DNA of 64,000 nucleotides from Bugula neritina (lineage: Eukaryota > Animalia > Bryozoa), in NCBI GenBank assembly GCA_964035545.1, contig OZ037767.1, positions 11,666,581 through 11,730,580 of the forward strand, in the 5' to 3' direction. The notes under the pieces are model-generated. The model ran no database searches. It saw only the letters and a program-made list of their open reading frames with translations, and had not been told where the DNA came from. This document shows positions 13,101-28,100 of the stretch, piece after piece. The position numbers were made by a program, and so were the translations under genes. Numbering within the stretch: position 1 is the first letter of the stretch; the number at the start of each line of letters is the position of its first letter.

Positions 13101-16100
13101 TGTGTCAAACAGACGCCGGCTCAGAAGATTTGTGGTACACCCAGTGTCCAATAGGAAGGTGACAGCTTTTCCGGCAAGCTTGCCGGGGAGGAAATAGCTG
13201 CTTCAATATGGCTGGGCGCTCACTGAGCGGTTCGTCTCTTGAGGCGACACCTCATGTGCATGGAGTTGGGGATGCACCTGTGCTTTTCGGTCGCGAGGGG
13301 GTTGTCGACGTTGCGTGGGCAAGCCGGTTACACCTCGGTCTTGCTCACACACGGGCGGCCGAGTGAATGCTCGGTCTGGCGCTCGTGTGGGCAACCGAGG
13401 GAAATCCCTGTTTCGCTCCCACTCGTACACTCCCTCATCAGGCAAACCTTCAAAGCGGTTTTTGAGTACCCAAGCCGGAGGTTTTGGCGGGCCTTGCGGC
13501 CTACTAACTCTCCTTGGGGCTTGCCACTCTAGCGAAGGCGGCCTCATCACCCGGTGGGGTTTGGGCCTTAGCCTTTTCCTTGGAGGGTTAACCCGGGGCC
13601 CACGGTTGGCGTTTAAAATGCAGTCTGCAGTAACTATTGTAACTTAATTGTGTAATGATTCATAAAGTTTTGGAATAGAGTAGTTTGAAAAATGCTGATG
13701 CTGTGGCCCCCCCAGCTCCAACTGAAATTTACAATGTGGCCCTCGCTTGGACACCCCTGCAGTAATACATCAACTTCTAAACCTGCCCATGCTCATAGAG
13801 CTATCATCTGCACAGAGTTAGCTTATATTACTAATACTTTCCTTCTTTCTTATATTATCATTATAGGCCTAGGTTTCAAGTTAGTACTTAAGTTAAATGG
13901 TTTCATTTAAAAAGATGTCTAAAAGCACAGCAGATAAGGTTACACTGTACTGTTTGTATTTTCTGCTATGCCTTTGTTACCTGTGCCATTTTTACCTAAA
14001 GTTGCATGCACTATATGCATTCTACTTTAGTCCTACAATATGGCTGCCGATGCAAAGAGTCAGAGACGAAGTGTAACCTTGGAACATGTACTTGTAGTAC
14101 AGGATATTACCGTGTGTCATCAGGTGGCGTCTGTAAGCCAGGTAAAATATGATGTACAAAAGGGCACCTGCATGTATCATGATGATTAGGTTTTGTTAAA
14201 TTTAATTTAATTGTCATTTCACCTTCTTGATCACTTATTACTTGATCACGTGTGTGTGTGCATGGGTGCGTGTGTGCGCGGGTGTGTGCGGGTGCGTGTG
14301 TGTGTGTGTTGAAAGAATAAACATTTAGTAGCAACTTATATATCTAGAACAGTTTGACTAGAAAAGTTTGTACTTTAAAAACGTTAAAATCTGAAAATGC
14401 AGCAGTGTTACATCCCAAATTGCAGTAGTAATTGTTTGTAAAACATTGTTTCTACATGCAACTCGTTGTAGCAATGGGGAGCAAATGTTTATCGACATCA
14501 GAGTGTAGACTGAGGAATCTGAACAACAGTGTATGTAGAAGGGGAAGGTGCTCTTGCTCCCATGGATATTTCTACCCTGGTGGCGTCTACAGAACCGATT
14601 GCTTTCAGGGTATTTCATCTCTTGGAATTTCATGGAATACATCAAATATTTTTATTTTTTGCTCCCTTGATAAATTATGCATCAACCATTATTGTTTTAT
14701 TAGGCTTTCACGGCTTTAAGTTCATAAATGACACATACACATATATATATGTTTGTGTGTACATATGTATGTATGTACATATGTAAATATGTATGTATGC
14801 ATGCATGTATGTGCATTTGATTCATATATTTTCTAATAGTTTATTTATATCAGTTTCATTGTTGACTATTTTAACTTATTCATTTTGAAATTAAATACAT
14901 AAGTTATTTTCAATCGGTTGGTTTTCCATGTTGTCATAGCAGAATACCTCTGGTCTTCCTTTTCATTACCCACCAACAGTGTTGCTAGTACCAGTAACTC
15001 AACAATTTTCTTTCAGCACTTGCAAGTACCTGCAAGCACAGCTCTGAGTGTCACCTGCTTTTTCCTCACTCTGTCTGCTCAGAAGGCAGATGTGTATGCA
15101 TGACCGGTTTCTATTTTTTCAACCATACATTAAGCTGCCTACCTGGTATGGACTCTTTCCTATTTTCAGTAATAGTTATAGTTAGTGTGAACAGTGATCA
15201 GAAACAGTTGTTAATAACAGACATTAGTTAGTAATTAGTTACAGTTAGTATTTACAGTCATTAGTAAAAGTAATTGGTTACAGTCATCAGTTACAGTCAT
15301 CCAAAACATATTTCTAACAGCTTCTAATGACAGTTATTAGTGACTTTCACATAGCTAGTATGTTAAATCTAGTTAGGTTTAGAATTAAATAAATCGTTGA
15401 AAATGTTCAAGTCAAGCTGTAAACATTTGTTTCTCATTTTCTGCCACAGTTATTTTCCCAAGGTGTTTTTATTATTGTTTTTACATTTTCACTTCCCTTG
15501 CCTTCTTTACATAGATAAACTTGCAATGATGGAGTTAATGGTGCTACGAAAACGTCATCATAATTATTATTGTCATTATGTACCATCTGATATTAGTTTT
15601 GTTTATCTATGTTCTCATGCCTCCACTTAAATACATACAATTACTAGTATTTTAGTTCTGGGGAGTCTTTGTGCCGGACATACAGACTGTATGGAAAGAG
15701 GAGGAGACAATCACAAATGTTCAGAAGGATTTTGTACATGTGATGATGACTCATACTTTGCTCCTCCTACTTCCTGTTTACTCGGTAAAGTCTTTCAACC
15801 TAAAATGTTATTCTCTCAGTCTAATTGAAATAGTTTGGAGTTGTCTTTCCTATAACTAGTCGCAGAGTAAAGTATTATGCTGTATGCTAGATGGTAGCAA
15901 AAGAGTTTTACATGAAAATATAGCTCTTTCCAATCTGTACCTTGACCTCTACCAGTGGTCTGCTCTCATTTCTATTAATGGTTGTAGTTAGAGAACGGTT
16001 GTGTAAAGTACATGCAGACTGCACCGTGCTGAGTCATACACACATCTGTAACACAAGGGGGAATAACCGCTGTTACAGTAAGTCTTGGAGCAGTTTGCAG

Positions 16101-19100
16101 TGTCATACAGTATACTATAGTATACAGTATATTAGTCTGCAGCTTACCCGGAAGTTGTCTTCTTTAGAACCTTGCGAGTCTGTAATCTGTGAGAACAGAG
16201 GGGTGTGTCAACCAAACACGGAGACCTCATTCAAAGATTACCACTGTGACTGCACACCTGATTACGCAGGTAGTAACATCTTGGAATCCTGCAACAATAA
16301 AGTGTGTTTAATAGTTATTTATACTGTTGATTAAAATGTGCTTGTGGACGATAGTGTGTACCGTGGCAACTATCCGTGAAAATTATCTCAAAAATGGAGT
16401 CCGATTAAAATAATGTTTAGGTTCATTTGTTAAGAATTTGTTACTTTTAAACAAAAAATGACATTAGTACCTCATTTAGGTGCAGCAGTGAAAAAATTGA
16501 AATGGCCTAAGGTTTTGAATTATTTTTATAAATTTTGGTTTGGCACGGGTTAATTTTTTAGCCAGAACATAACTTCTTTTGCTACATTTCTAATCTAAAA
16601 CACAGGTTTTTCTCAATTTCTCCATGATTGCACCTAGCTCTAATACCTATAACATTATAAAATGGCAAACAAACCAAATTACATTCACTAAAGGAAAAGA
16701 CCCAATTCCTAATCAATTGGCAACCAGCTTGCAGTAGGTTTCTGCTTGAGTGATAATTAATGACGATGTTAACACATTTAGTCTAAACCAGCTCAAACTG
16801 AGGATTAAATTTTTCAGGATTAACATGCAAGTATCGTAAAGAGTCCGTCACTGTGACTAGACTTAGAGTCCCGCTCTACATTCATCCTGCCAGTCAAGAG
16901 CTGTTTGACAGTCTCACTGACTCAATTCGAAGAGCTATGGTGGCTGTGTTGTGTGGAGAAATCAGAGCTTGTATAATGTCACTTCAATACAGAGTACATG
17001 TAGAGGTTAGTAATACTTGTACTGGTAGATTTCTAGACAGCAACTACATAAACTATCCAATTGCAAGGGTGGGTTGTATTGTCCCCCCTCTTTTAACTGA
17101 GTTGGTAGAAATCAAACGATGCTTAGTTGCTAGAAGCTGTCTTCTCGTACAGAGTGCTTATAGAATTATCTATTGTCTAAAAATATTGAAATTTCTCCAT
17201 CAGAATTGGGGATAAGATGTCCTCTAGTAATGCATTACAATCTTTTACTATAGAGCTTTGTGGTTTATATACACTTTGTCAGTTTTACTCTTGGTACAAT
17301 AGTCTAGAAAATGCTATTGCATTCTACAATGTGTACTAATTTGCATGAAACTGGCATGTTTAACACAGCAAGATGACTAATCAATGTAAAAAAGTATTGC
17401 GCAATAACATATTGCATACATGTCATTCTAAGCAATACAAGTACAGGTTAAAATCAAAAGAGTATAATATATAGAATTGTTTATATAGCAGAATTTGTGA
17501 TATTGAGTTCACAATTACATTTAGTATTATAAATAATTCCTATGCATTATGAAATAAATGGAAGCTACTTCAAGTAAATGAAAGGCAAATACTAAATGCA
17601 CCAGAATTTATTATCTTTTACTCTGTCTTGTCTCTTGTAGCTGATCTCAGTGACTCGCCTATCTAACTCAGTTTCTGTTGACATACGTTATGTGGTCTCT
17701 GAGGGTCAAGGTCACACACTGGACGCTGTAGAAGCTCTCAACTCTCTCACACTTGCGCAGAGGATGCAGTATTTTGACTATCCTCTGGAAATAGTTGCTA
17801 AGAGTAAGTTAGCTGACCAACTCCTCTGCTAATACTGCTTCTAGTCATAAAGATCATGGACACTGTTGTGCCTCTAATCAAACAACAGAGAGTCTAACTT
17901 ATATAAACTAAGTGTTTAAAAAACAGCCTACTGAGCTGGCCATCATAGTTACTGTGATTACATCCTTTGGTTGCTATAGTTATTATGGTTACATGCTATG
18001 GTTACTATAGTTACTATGATTATCAATGCTATGGTTGCTATAGTTACTATGATTATCAATGCTATGGTTGCTATAGTTACTATGATTATCAATGCTATGG
18101 TTGCTATTGTTACTATGGTAGCACCCTCTGGTTACTATAGTTACCATGAGTACATGTTATGGTTGCTATAGTTACATGCTATGTTGACTAACCTACCAAA
18201 AGTGTAATTTCTCCACAACCCAAGAGTTTGACAAGCCCTGAGTTAGTCTACATGTGCTTTGGCGATTGTCTTTAATTCTTTCATCACACATTGCAGGTCT
18301 AACTGAGTTAGAATTTGCTAGCCATTGTATGCTGAAGTGGAGTTTCTTTGTTGAATCTGATACAGTCTCACCAACTAATCAACAGAACTTAGAAAGCAGG
18401 CTGAGTTTGCTGATGGGCTGGGTGATGTCATCAACGTCTGCAACCGAGTTGGGTTCCATACAGTGTAAGGTGAGTTCCATACAGTGTAAGGTGAGTTCCA
18501 TACAGTGTAAGGTGGGTTCCATACAGTGTAAGGTGGGTTCCATACAGTGTAAGGTGAGTTGCATACAGTATAAGGTGAGTAAGTTGGCTCTAGCCTTAAG
18601 ACCGTGTATTATATATATTACAGATTATTATAGATTGATTCAGTGTATTACAGTATATTACAGTTTATCACAATATATCACTGTATATTACAATGTATTA
18701 CAGTGTATTACAGTATATTACACAGTATTGCAGTTTATTACAGTATATTACAATGCATCACGGTGTTTTACAGTATATCACAGTCTATTACAGTAGAAAT
18801 GCTTCGCCTCTCAACATGCTCCATAATATGTACAAGCTGTTGTTATTATTGTAGATAGCAAACTCTACTCTTACAGCAACTGGACTAGTCATTGAGTATT
18901 CGGTTATATATGGAGATATATGTTTACCTAGCGTCATGGTTACTAGAATGATGTCACAGTTCCACCTATCACAGTTTAACCCGTACATTGGCAAGGTTGA
19001 GTCATATCCAACAGGTAGCCTAACAGTTACATGTACTACTATACTAGTAAACTTTATATATACTCATTTATTTTGACTTATAATAAGTATTCCTATGTGC

Positions 19101-22100
19101 ATAACATGTATTACTCGGTATATAAAAATATTACTTTGTAAATAAGAAGTATATAACATCTCATTATTATCCATAGAATACTGTTTTACAGCAGCCTCTG
19201 TGCCATCAAAGTCTAGTTCCTGTTTCCAGAATGCTTTTATAATCAGTAAGTCTTCATCTCATTTCCCTTTTTCTAACTTGGACTCACTAACTAACATCTC
19301 ACTAATTAACATCTCACTAATTAACATCTCACTAATTAACATCTCACTAACTAACATCTCACTAACTAACAACTCACTAACTACCACCTCACTAACTAAC
19401 ATCTCACTAATTAACATCTCACTAACTAACATCTCACTAACTAACAACTCACTAACTACCACCTCACTAACTAACATCTCACTAACTAACATCTCACTCA
19501 CGAGTTTTTAATTGTGAAGCAAGTGGCTTTGCTTTGAAACCAATACGCAAATACATAAGTCAAACCATTTGGTGTAAATAGTACAAATATACATGTCGAA
19601 CCAACTCAAGTCACGATTATATTCAATATACTTTTAGCAACTCTCATGGATCTTTCCAGAACATACGCATACTTTGCTCTACATTGGTCAAGACTAGAAG
19701 ATGGAATAGCTAGAGTCATCTCCCATGTTCTCAAAGATTACCTGCAGAAGTTGGAGTTTGGTGGTGATAAAATAAAAAGAGATATTAAACTCAGACTACC
19801 TGCTATCAGCTCTAAGGTCTGTCACCCTTCTTGCTCACTGAGATGAAATGAAATGGCTCATTGTAAAACTTAACGTAGTTTGTCATTTCAGTGCCATACA
19901 CGTCATACAAGGAAAGACTAATATTGTCATTTGTACATAGCTAATTCTTCTATTTTGTGTTGAAATCTGCTTGAATTGTAGCGGTAGCTAGCGGTCTTTT
20001 TCAAATATTTGTAAGAGTAGTTCCACAATCAAAAGCTGTACTTGTTTATGTAGTTATTAGATATCAGGAGAGAGGAGAACACAACAAGAGTTAAACTAAT
20101 AGCATTGACAAAGGTGGCTGGAGTTGTCTTGCCAGTGGAGCATGTATTACAACACTTCTCAAGTATATCTCCACAGCAGGTTGCTCTGGAGCTGGGAGAG
20201 GTTATTGTAGCTGAAGAGTTTGTTCAAGGTGAGTCGTTCTACCTATGTAGTATACACCAGCGTGTTGGGATCAAACATTGAAATTAGTTAAAATTTATAA
20301 AAACATAGCATTTTTTTGAATATGTATGAAGAAAAATAGAAAAGTTGTCCTGCAACAATGAAGCACAACCTAGTTGATTAAAATGTAGGTGAGGGGAGTG
20401 AAAAACAGTTCCCGAGAAATTTGGCTTATGGCTACTAGATTAATACAGTTTGTGTATCAGTTGCGAGATTAGAAGCTGTACTAATAGTAGAATATAGACT
20501 AACATACAGAAAATGGTCTACCATTTGATTATAGCTAAATACAGCTGGCAAACCATGAGGCAAAACTCACTATGAAAAATCATGTGTTTTGTTACTGAAT
20601 ATTCAATAAAATATGGAGAGAAGGAAGAAGAGATGAAAAACATTAAATTATTTAACTTTATTTGTTAAAACTTTTTTAGTTTTAATTAAAATGAGATATG
20701 CTAGTAGCTATAATTTTGAAATTCAGGTGAAAAGTGTAGATAATTGAAAGTGTACTAAATGACACAGAGTGGTCCTTCTATTATCATATAGCAGTCGCTT
20801 ACTTTATAATTTCAATTGTAAAGAGTTGTAAAACCTTCTCACTTGTTACTATGGTAATTAAATGTTTTATAGTAATACATAGCTGTAAATGTTCTGTTCA
20901 CTAGATATATATAATCTACTTTGCAATGAGCTACTCTAACAATCCTAGAACTGTTTATGTTGGATGGAATATTACATTCCAGATAGCAGTATCTGAGAAT
21001 ACTATTCAGTTAGCTGAAATATTACAGTGAAATAATGAGTTAACAACTCCAAGAGTGTAAGACACTAAGCATTGTTTACTCACGCTGCTATAAAGTCATA
21101 TTATCTCCCTGCTGTGTGTAACTGTATCATAAATGGTGAATAGTGACTGCATCTAGTACATCGCCTCATCTGTGTGTTAAAGCTTATGAAGGCAAAGCTC
21201 GAGAGATACTGAAAAAGAATAGTACCGTAGAATCATCTTATTGCCTCCAGGACACAAGTGATGTTAATACGATTCGGTATTGGACCAGGACAGGTATATT
21301 ATATATGTCTGATCCAATATGTGTTTACTGTGTGCGGCACATACACCTTAGACTGGTTACTCTTTAACTAATCACTCTACAACATAGTACTATCAACTAA
21401 CTACTCTACAATATAGTACTATCAACTAACTACTCTACAATATAGTACTATTAACTAATTACTCTACAATCTATTACTATCAACTAACTACTCTACTAAC
21501 TTTTGGTACTACTATCAACTAACTGATATACAGTATAGTACTATCAGCTTACTACTCTACTAACTTTTGGTACTACTAACTTGTAATACTACTAACTTGT
21601 AGTACTACTAACTTGTAGTACTACTAACTTGTAGTGCTACTAACTTGCTGTACTACTAACTTGTAGTGCTACTAACTGATGGTAAAGTCACTGTTGAGAG
21701 GAAGTCATACAGAGACTCCATGAGAGTTCCACTCAGTCGACTCTTCTTGAAAGGATTACTCAGAGAAAACTCCCAGGAAGAGAATCATCTGTCATCCATG
21801 AAGAGTTTACCCAACATCTGTGTTCAGGTATATCACTCTAAGGAATGTTCTGGTGGTTTCCAGCTAACTTAGCTATATATAGGGGAGACGACTCTAATAC
21901 TGAGATATACATTTGTCCTGGTAACAGAATACCATTTCTAACAATTTAAGTGTTTAATTGTTTAAACTTTATATGTTTTGACAAGAATACTATATTTTAC
22001 TGACTATTTAAAATAGTTGTAGTATCTGTAATCATCAGATATGTTGTGTATAAACAGAGTTGAGAAGGGAACAATTAGCTCTTATGAGTTTGTGGTCAAG

Positions 22101-25100
22101 TTGCATGTTGAAAATTCTATATTAACACTTTTCTCTCTCTGTTATTGAATATTCTAATCGTATACAAAATGAGTTAATCTAATGCTTCTTACTAGTATAG
22201 AAAACACCAAGGTGTAAGGGATTCTGAGCAATGACTTCATTTCATAGTCTTAAAGGAGCATTTGCTAGTCTTGACTTAATTGGCCAGTAACTATTGATAG
22301 TTGATTGGCTGAAAATTCAGATTTTCTTTTAAATTTCTTACTTTACAGGTTATTAGCTCAAAAAGAGTTGCCAATGACTCTAAACGCATAGAACTAGTCT
22401 ACTATGTCACTGTGGACAAAAGACTGACCCCGCCCACTCGACTAGTGAATATCACGTCCTTGCTGTCTATACAGGAAATAGCTCTCACTCTTGGAGAGGT
22501 AGTGGATGAGAAACAAGCCGTGCAGCCTTACAGTCACTCTCTTATAAACAGTTGTCGTGGGTTCCTATAGTTGATAATAAGTCTATCAGCTCATATTAAC
22601 ATTTTGTGTCTGTAGTGTTATAATTACCCAGTAGTCCTGTGGTGTAATGGTTAGCACTTGCTTGCAAACCAGAGGTCTTGGGTTCAAATCCCAGTGGGTG
22701 CAACATTTTTTCATAGTATTTGTAGAATATGAAACTTTCACAGCTACCATCTATTTTAGTTTAACTTGTTCAACTATTATATCACTCTACTAATTCATAG
22801 ATGTATAGATAGTCTGGTGGAATGTACCTCTTTTACATTAGTAGAGATCCTGCATATTATGGGGTGAATTATAGGGTGGACAGATACCTGCTCAGAAGTG
22901 GTCTTATAGTGTTCAGGGTGTTTAGTTACTGTAACTTACTGTCTCTAATATCTTGATACACCTGAATATCACATAGCCTGTGTTTCAGCCATGAGCACTG
23001 CGGGGACAGAGTTTATTCTGGCTTTCATGGAGAACTACGAAGAAGGTGATTGGCCAAAGTATGCAGACTATGCACTCAGACTATACTTCACTACGGGTGG
23101 ACCACAACCCTCTCAGGTAGCTAAAGGACCTCAGTCTATTGTGAAAGAAGTTTATCATCAATTTTCAATCTTGCTATAATACTTGACTGTATGTGTTGCT
23201 ACAATATTCATACTGTGTGATGCTACAATATTCATACTGTGTGGTGCTGCAATCTTCATACTGTGTGGTGCTACAATATCCATACTGTGTGTTGCTACAA
23301 TATTCATACTGTGTGGTGCTACAATATTCATACTGTGTGATGCTACAATATCCATACTGTGTGGTGTTACAATATTCATACTGTGTAGGTTACAGTAGAA
23401 GCTGGCCTCTACTTCAGAAAGCAAATGTTGGTTCGACCAGCAACAGAGAACTACATGATTATACCGAGTGGCTTCATGACCAGAAAGACAGCTATTCAAT
23501 CAAATGTGCTCCGCGTCTCCTCCACACTCCCTATAAATGGTAGGAACTCTGCTGATTTTTCTAGCTGATTCTGATATACTAGTTAAGCAGCATGCTGACT
23601 ACCTTATTCTGGTATACTAGTTAAGCAGCATGCTGACTACCTTATTCTGATATACTAGTTGAGCAGCATGCTGACTACCTTATTCTGGTTTAGTTGTAGC
23701 CGTCAACAGAGACTACCTGACCCAGGATTCTGCACTAGTTTTACCTCTCAACCAGCTTGGCACCGAGTACCTTGCTGCAGGTGCCTCTTCTAGTGGCACG
23801 CTGTCGCAGGTGGCTGTGGCAGCGTATACTGATACAGTTGTTACAGTGACCTTACCGTTGCAAAGTAAGCTATGTATTCTCTCACTGTACTAAGAGTTGA
23901 ATTTCAGTAACTTTGTGAATAATAAAAACAATAAAGCATTATTTACACTTACAAATAGAGTAATGGCAATAAGTTTAATAAATTTTTAAATTAAAACACA
24001 AAATATATTATTTTAGTAGATTCAGGATTTAACCTAGTTTTTTTGGCACTGTAAATATCTAAAGATAAGAGAATATTTTACTTGTTCAAAGAAGATAATG
24101 CATTGAGTTTCGGTATAAAATATGGTATAATGTTACAGCTCCACTCATGACTTTCATCAAATTATGTTATTAGTGCTTGTGCTTGCTGTGAAACCATGAG
24201 TAGCATTTGTTATATTAAGTTTGAAGAGCCCAACTGTAGACTGTGGTGTATATGTAGCATACTGTAGTGTAGTTGTGTAGTATACTGTAGTATATACATG
24301 TAGCATACTGTAGTGTATACATGTAGCATACTGTAGTGTATACATGTAGCATACTATAGTGTATACATGTAGCATACTGTAGTGTATACATGTAGCATAC
24401 TGTAGTGTATACATGTAGTATACTGTAGTGTATACATGTAGCATACTGTAGTGTATATGTAGCATACTGTAGTGTATACATGTAGTATACTGTAGTGTAT
24501 GCATGTAGTATACATGTAGCATACTGTAGTGTATATGTAGCTTACTGTAGTGTATACATGTAGCATACTGTAGTGTATACATGTAGTATACTGTAGTGTA
24601 TGCATGTAGTATACTGTAGTGTATACATGTAGCATACTGTAGTGTATATGTTGCTTACTGTAGTGTATACATGTAGCATACTGTAGTGTATACAAGTGCC
24701 CTGCAGTGTGTACATGTAGACAATTGTGGATACTGAAATGTATATATGTAGTATACTGTAGAGTGTAGTGTATATTGTAGTGTACACATATAGCATACTG
24801 TAGTGTATGCATGGAGCATACTGTAGTGTAGGCCTATACATTATTAAGTTATTTTCTTTAAGCCAATGGCGTCCCCACTGAGTTCAGACTTGAAGGGAAA
24901 TCATACACAACAAATATGACTGTAAATATCAAAGCTATGAAAGTGCTTCAAATACAGATAGCAGGTGACATCACTGGCACTAGGTTAGTGTTGTATGTAT
25001 TCCTTCCCTCTCCCATTTCTGTCTCTATGCCCACATTGATGTCTCTATTTCTACACTGATGCCTCTATGCTCACACTGATGTCTTCATTTTTTTCCATTA

Positions 25101-28100
25101 TCTCTATTTTAACAATGATTTATTGTACATTATACTATTAGTTCTATTTTCACATTGATGTCTTCACTCAGATCTCTACATTGACCTCTAATACTTTCAG
25201 GATAATCTCTGATAGGCCAGTTGCCGTGTACTCTGGTAATGTTGTTGTCGCTGTCCAGGGACAATCCAGAGATCATCTGTACGAACAGCTTCTACCTTCT
25301 CACTTGGCTGGTGAGATTATGTCATACTACATCATATATTACATCATATATTACATCATAAACTACATTGTCTATTACCATAATATACTATATTATATAC
25401 CACTTCATATACAACATAATATATTACTTCATATTACATCATATTTTGCGTCATAATGCCACATCATATATTTCTTCATATTACATCATATTTTGCGTCA
25501 TAATGCCACATCATATATTTCATCATCTAATACATAATATATTATATTATATAGCACCTCATATACAACATACTAGATTGCATCATATAATACATGATAT
25601 ACTAAATCATATATTGCCACAGTATATATCTGCTAATCAAAAATGGAGAACTTATCTTGGAATTAATTACATCTTTTCTTAAATGATTCATTTAATGAAT
25701 TTGCTTAAATATAACTATAGATTGCTTCTTGTTTTTATAATCACATTGCATAACCAAGATTGGTTTAATAATTAGAAGAATATATTAATTATGTTTTTAT
25801 GTACACTGATCCAGGTAAAAGCTTCGTTGTTGTAACACCTGTTACTTCATTGCCACGCCTACCTGATAGAGTGAAGATTGTTGCTGTACAGTCGGATACA
25901 ACCGTTTCCCTTCCTGCACATGACTCCTCCATCAACATAGCCCGGGCTGGACAGAGTGCGGAAGTCGTGTTGGCTGCAACAGACCACTCCCTCTTCCTCT
26001 ACAGCAATAAACCTCTCAAAGTGTTTCAGATCTCAACATCTGCCTCAGTGAGTTGTGTTACTATTGCAGTGTGTAAACTCAATACATCATAATGTAATAT
26101 GAACAGCTTTTGTTTGAAGTATCTATCCCTGTGAGAACCCCTGATGGCAAGGGTTTGTCAGTGACTGGATACCAGTGTATGCTGTGGTACAGGAGCAATT
26201 GTGACTGGATGCTCTTCTTGACATTGTCAGTAACCTTGTAGTGATTCAAACCCAATAACTAGTGCTATATGTCTGGGTGCTGGTGGTATGTAGTGCAATG
26301 ATATGCGACAATAGGCTTGCTGACTTGTAATGTATTACATTAAATGTATTTATTTACTAAGGACAAAAGTGATAATAATGCGAAGTATAGAGACTAAATC
26401 TTTAACAATAGCTATACAAATATTATATGATTTATGCTGGCTATGACAATAACAAGGAAGCATCATACCTACTCATTACAGCTATTAGGTATCTTCAGAT
26501 ATAAACTCTACTTGGCATTGCATCACCTAAGGCACACTAAAATACAATATATAATAATACCTTCAATAGAATCAGGTCTTAGCAAATGTAGATAACTTTA
26601 AGAAAGTTATCATCTGATGACTAGTGAACACCTTATCTTAAAATTGTTGGTTTTTGTTAGAGAAATAATTTTGCTGTTCATAGAGTGATAAACTTTACTA
26701 TGCTGTTATTGACTCATACACCTGCTGCCAATCTCCGCCTGTCAGCAGGCAGTCTGTTATACGAATTGTTAGAGCAGTTTTTGTTCCAAGTTACTCATCA
26801 CTCTAAATTGAGGGGATAACGCTTTGATATCAGGTTTTTATTAGTCATGGGAGGATAACCCTCCTCCTTATAATGCCTGCAGATTTAATGAATTAAATAT
26901 TGTCTGTATACTGAAGACTAAGCCTAGGGCCACACGGTGCGTATTTTCGCATGCGAAAATTGAAATCACGAGTAGCAAAGGTGTTCACTGTAGCGTCAGT
27001 GATGCGTGATAAATAAAGCATTCATTTTTAAATCGCACACGATTTCAATAAAACGCAATTTACTGGAATGTAGCACTAAAATAAAAAAATTGGGCTCGCT
27101 GAATAACTACCAGCCAATTAGGTGACGACGACAGAGACGATTCGCACTTGCGTTGAAAATGCAGAGCGACAAGTGCGAATGTTTTCTCAACTGGCACAGT
27201 GGACACCTTTGCTACTTGTGATTTCAATTTTCGCATGCGAAAATACGCACAGTGTGGCCCTAGGCTTAATGACTAAAAATAAGATTTTCCAAGGCCAGAC
27301 ACAAACACCACCTACTGAAAGAAGTTTAATAAACCAATTCATACCAAGCAGCTTAGTGTGGTAACAGCTGTGTTATATTTGTATCTATAAACAGAAGTAT
27401 GTTCCCTTGTGCAAGTAGGAATTTATCTGGTGGTTATTTCTACTTGAGCTGTTGAGTATAACTGTGTAGGTTTCTGCTTAGCTCTAGTGTATAGGTGTCC
27501 AATTGATATTTGTATTTACACTCGATTGGTTTTGTTTCACACTCAGACAAATTATCATACTAAACAGTTTGGTAGAACTAGTTTTACCCAACAGCTGCAT
27601 TTGTGTGCATCTCTGTAAACAGAATAAGAAGTACTCAAATTGCTTCACAATAATATATTAACGTATAGCTGTTGAGCCTCTTTGATGGTAACCAAGTCAA
27701 ATAATACTAATATATAACTATGTAACTATGTTTCAAGCTTCATAGGGTTCATAACTAGCATACAAATTAAGGGTCAGCAGATCTTTAGGTGTCAGCTGAT
27801 TTTTAGGTGTCAGCCAAGTGACTTCCATCACGCATTTCATACACACATTCTGAGCACCTCCATAGTTGCCTTGATCATCTCTTTGGCAGCCACATTAAAG
27901 GCAGGTGCCACTGTTACCAGCACTTCAAACAAGTCTCTTGCGCCTAGCTTACAGAACCCACTGTTTACGTAGCAAGGAGCATGTGTAGAGAATGCTTCCT
28001 CTTTCAGCTTTCCACAGGATAGCCTGTTATCCTTGTCTAGATAGGGAACTAATGCTACTTGGAGGCACTCTTTCACTCGTCCCACCCACTTTTGCCCACT

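Larger units (their letters stand above)
6963..13611 (-). mobile_element. Gypsy element B: 5'-truncated, decayed; its 3' LTR is split by element A
   Basis: pol homology from about 13611 down to 9091. Removing A joins 1754-1761 (TGTAAAGT) to 6963-7385 (..CCACTACA), giving a TG..CA LTR preceded by a purine tract. No gag or 5' LTR. Continuity of 7420-9090 with B is assumed. Confidence 0.75.

Noticed and set aside
13611-13617. TTTAAAC slippery site for element B
   Set aside because: It sits at the truncation point and lacks the 5' arm of the stem, so it may be coincidental.
22633-22710. Possible tRNA gene
   Set aside because: A and B boxes are present, but the acceptor stem does not pair and the anticodon arm is defective; better explained as a SINE head.
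24157-24841. Several ORFs of YTLQYATCIH-type repeats (likewise 18379-18858, 19200-19511, 23158-23543, 25368-25682)
   Set aside because: Translations of intronic minisatellites.
26610-26635. CTGATGA..GAAC hammerhead-like core
   Set aside because: No GAAA and no stems I-III.
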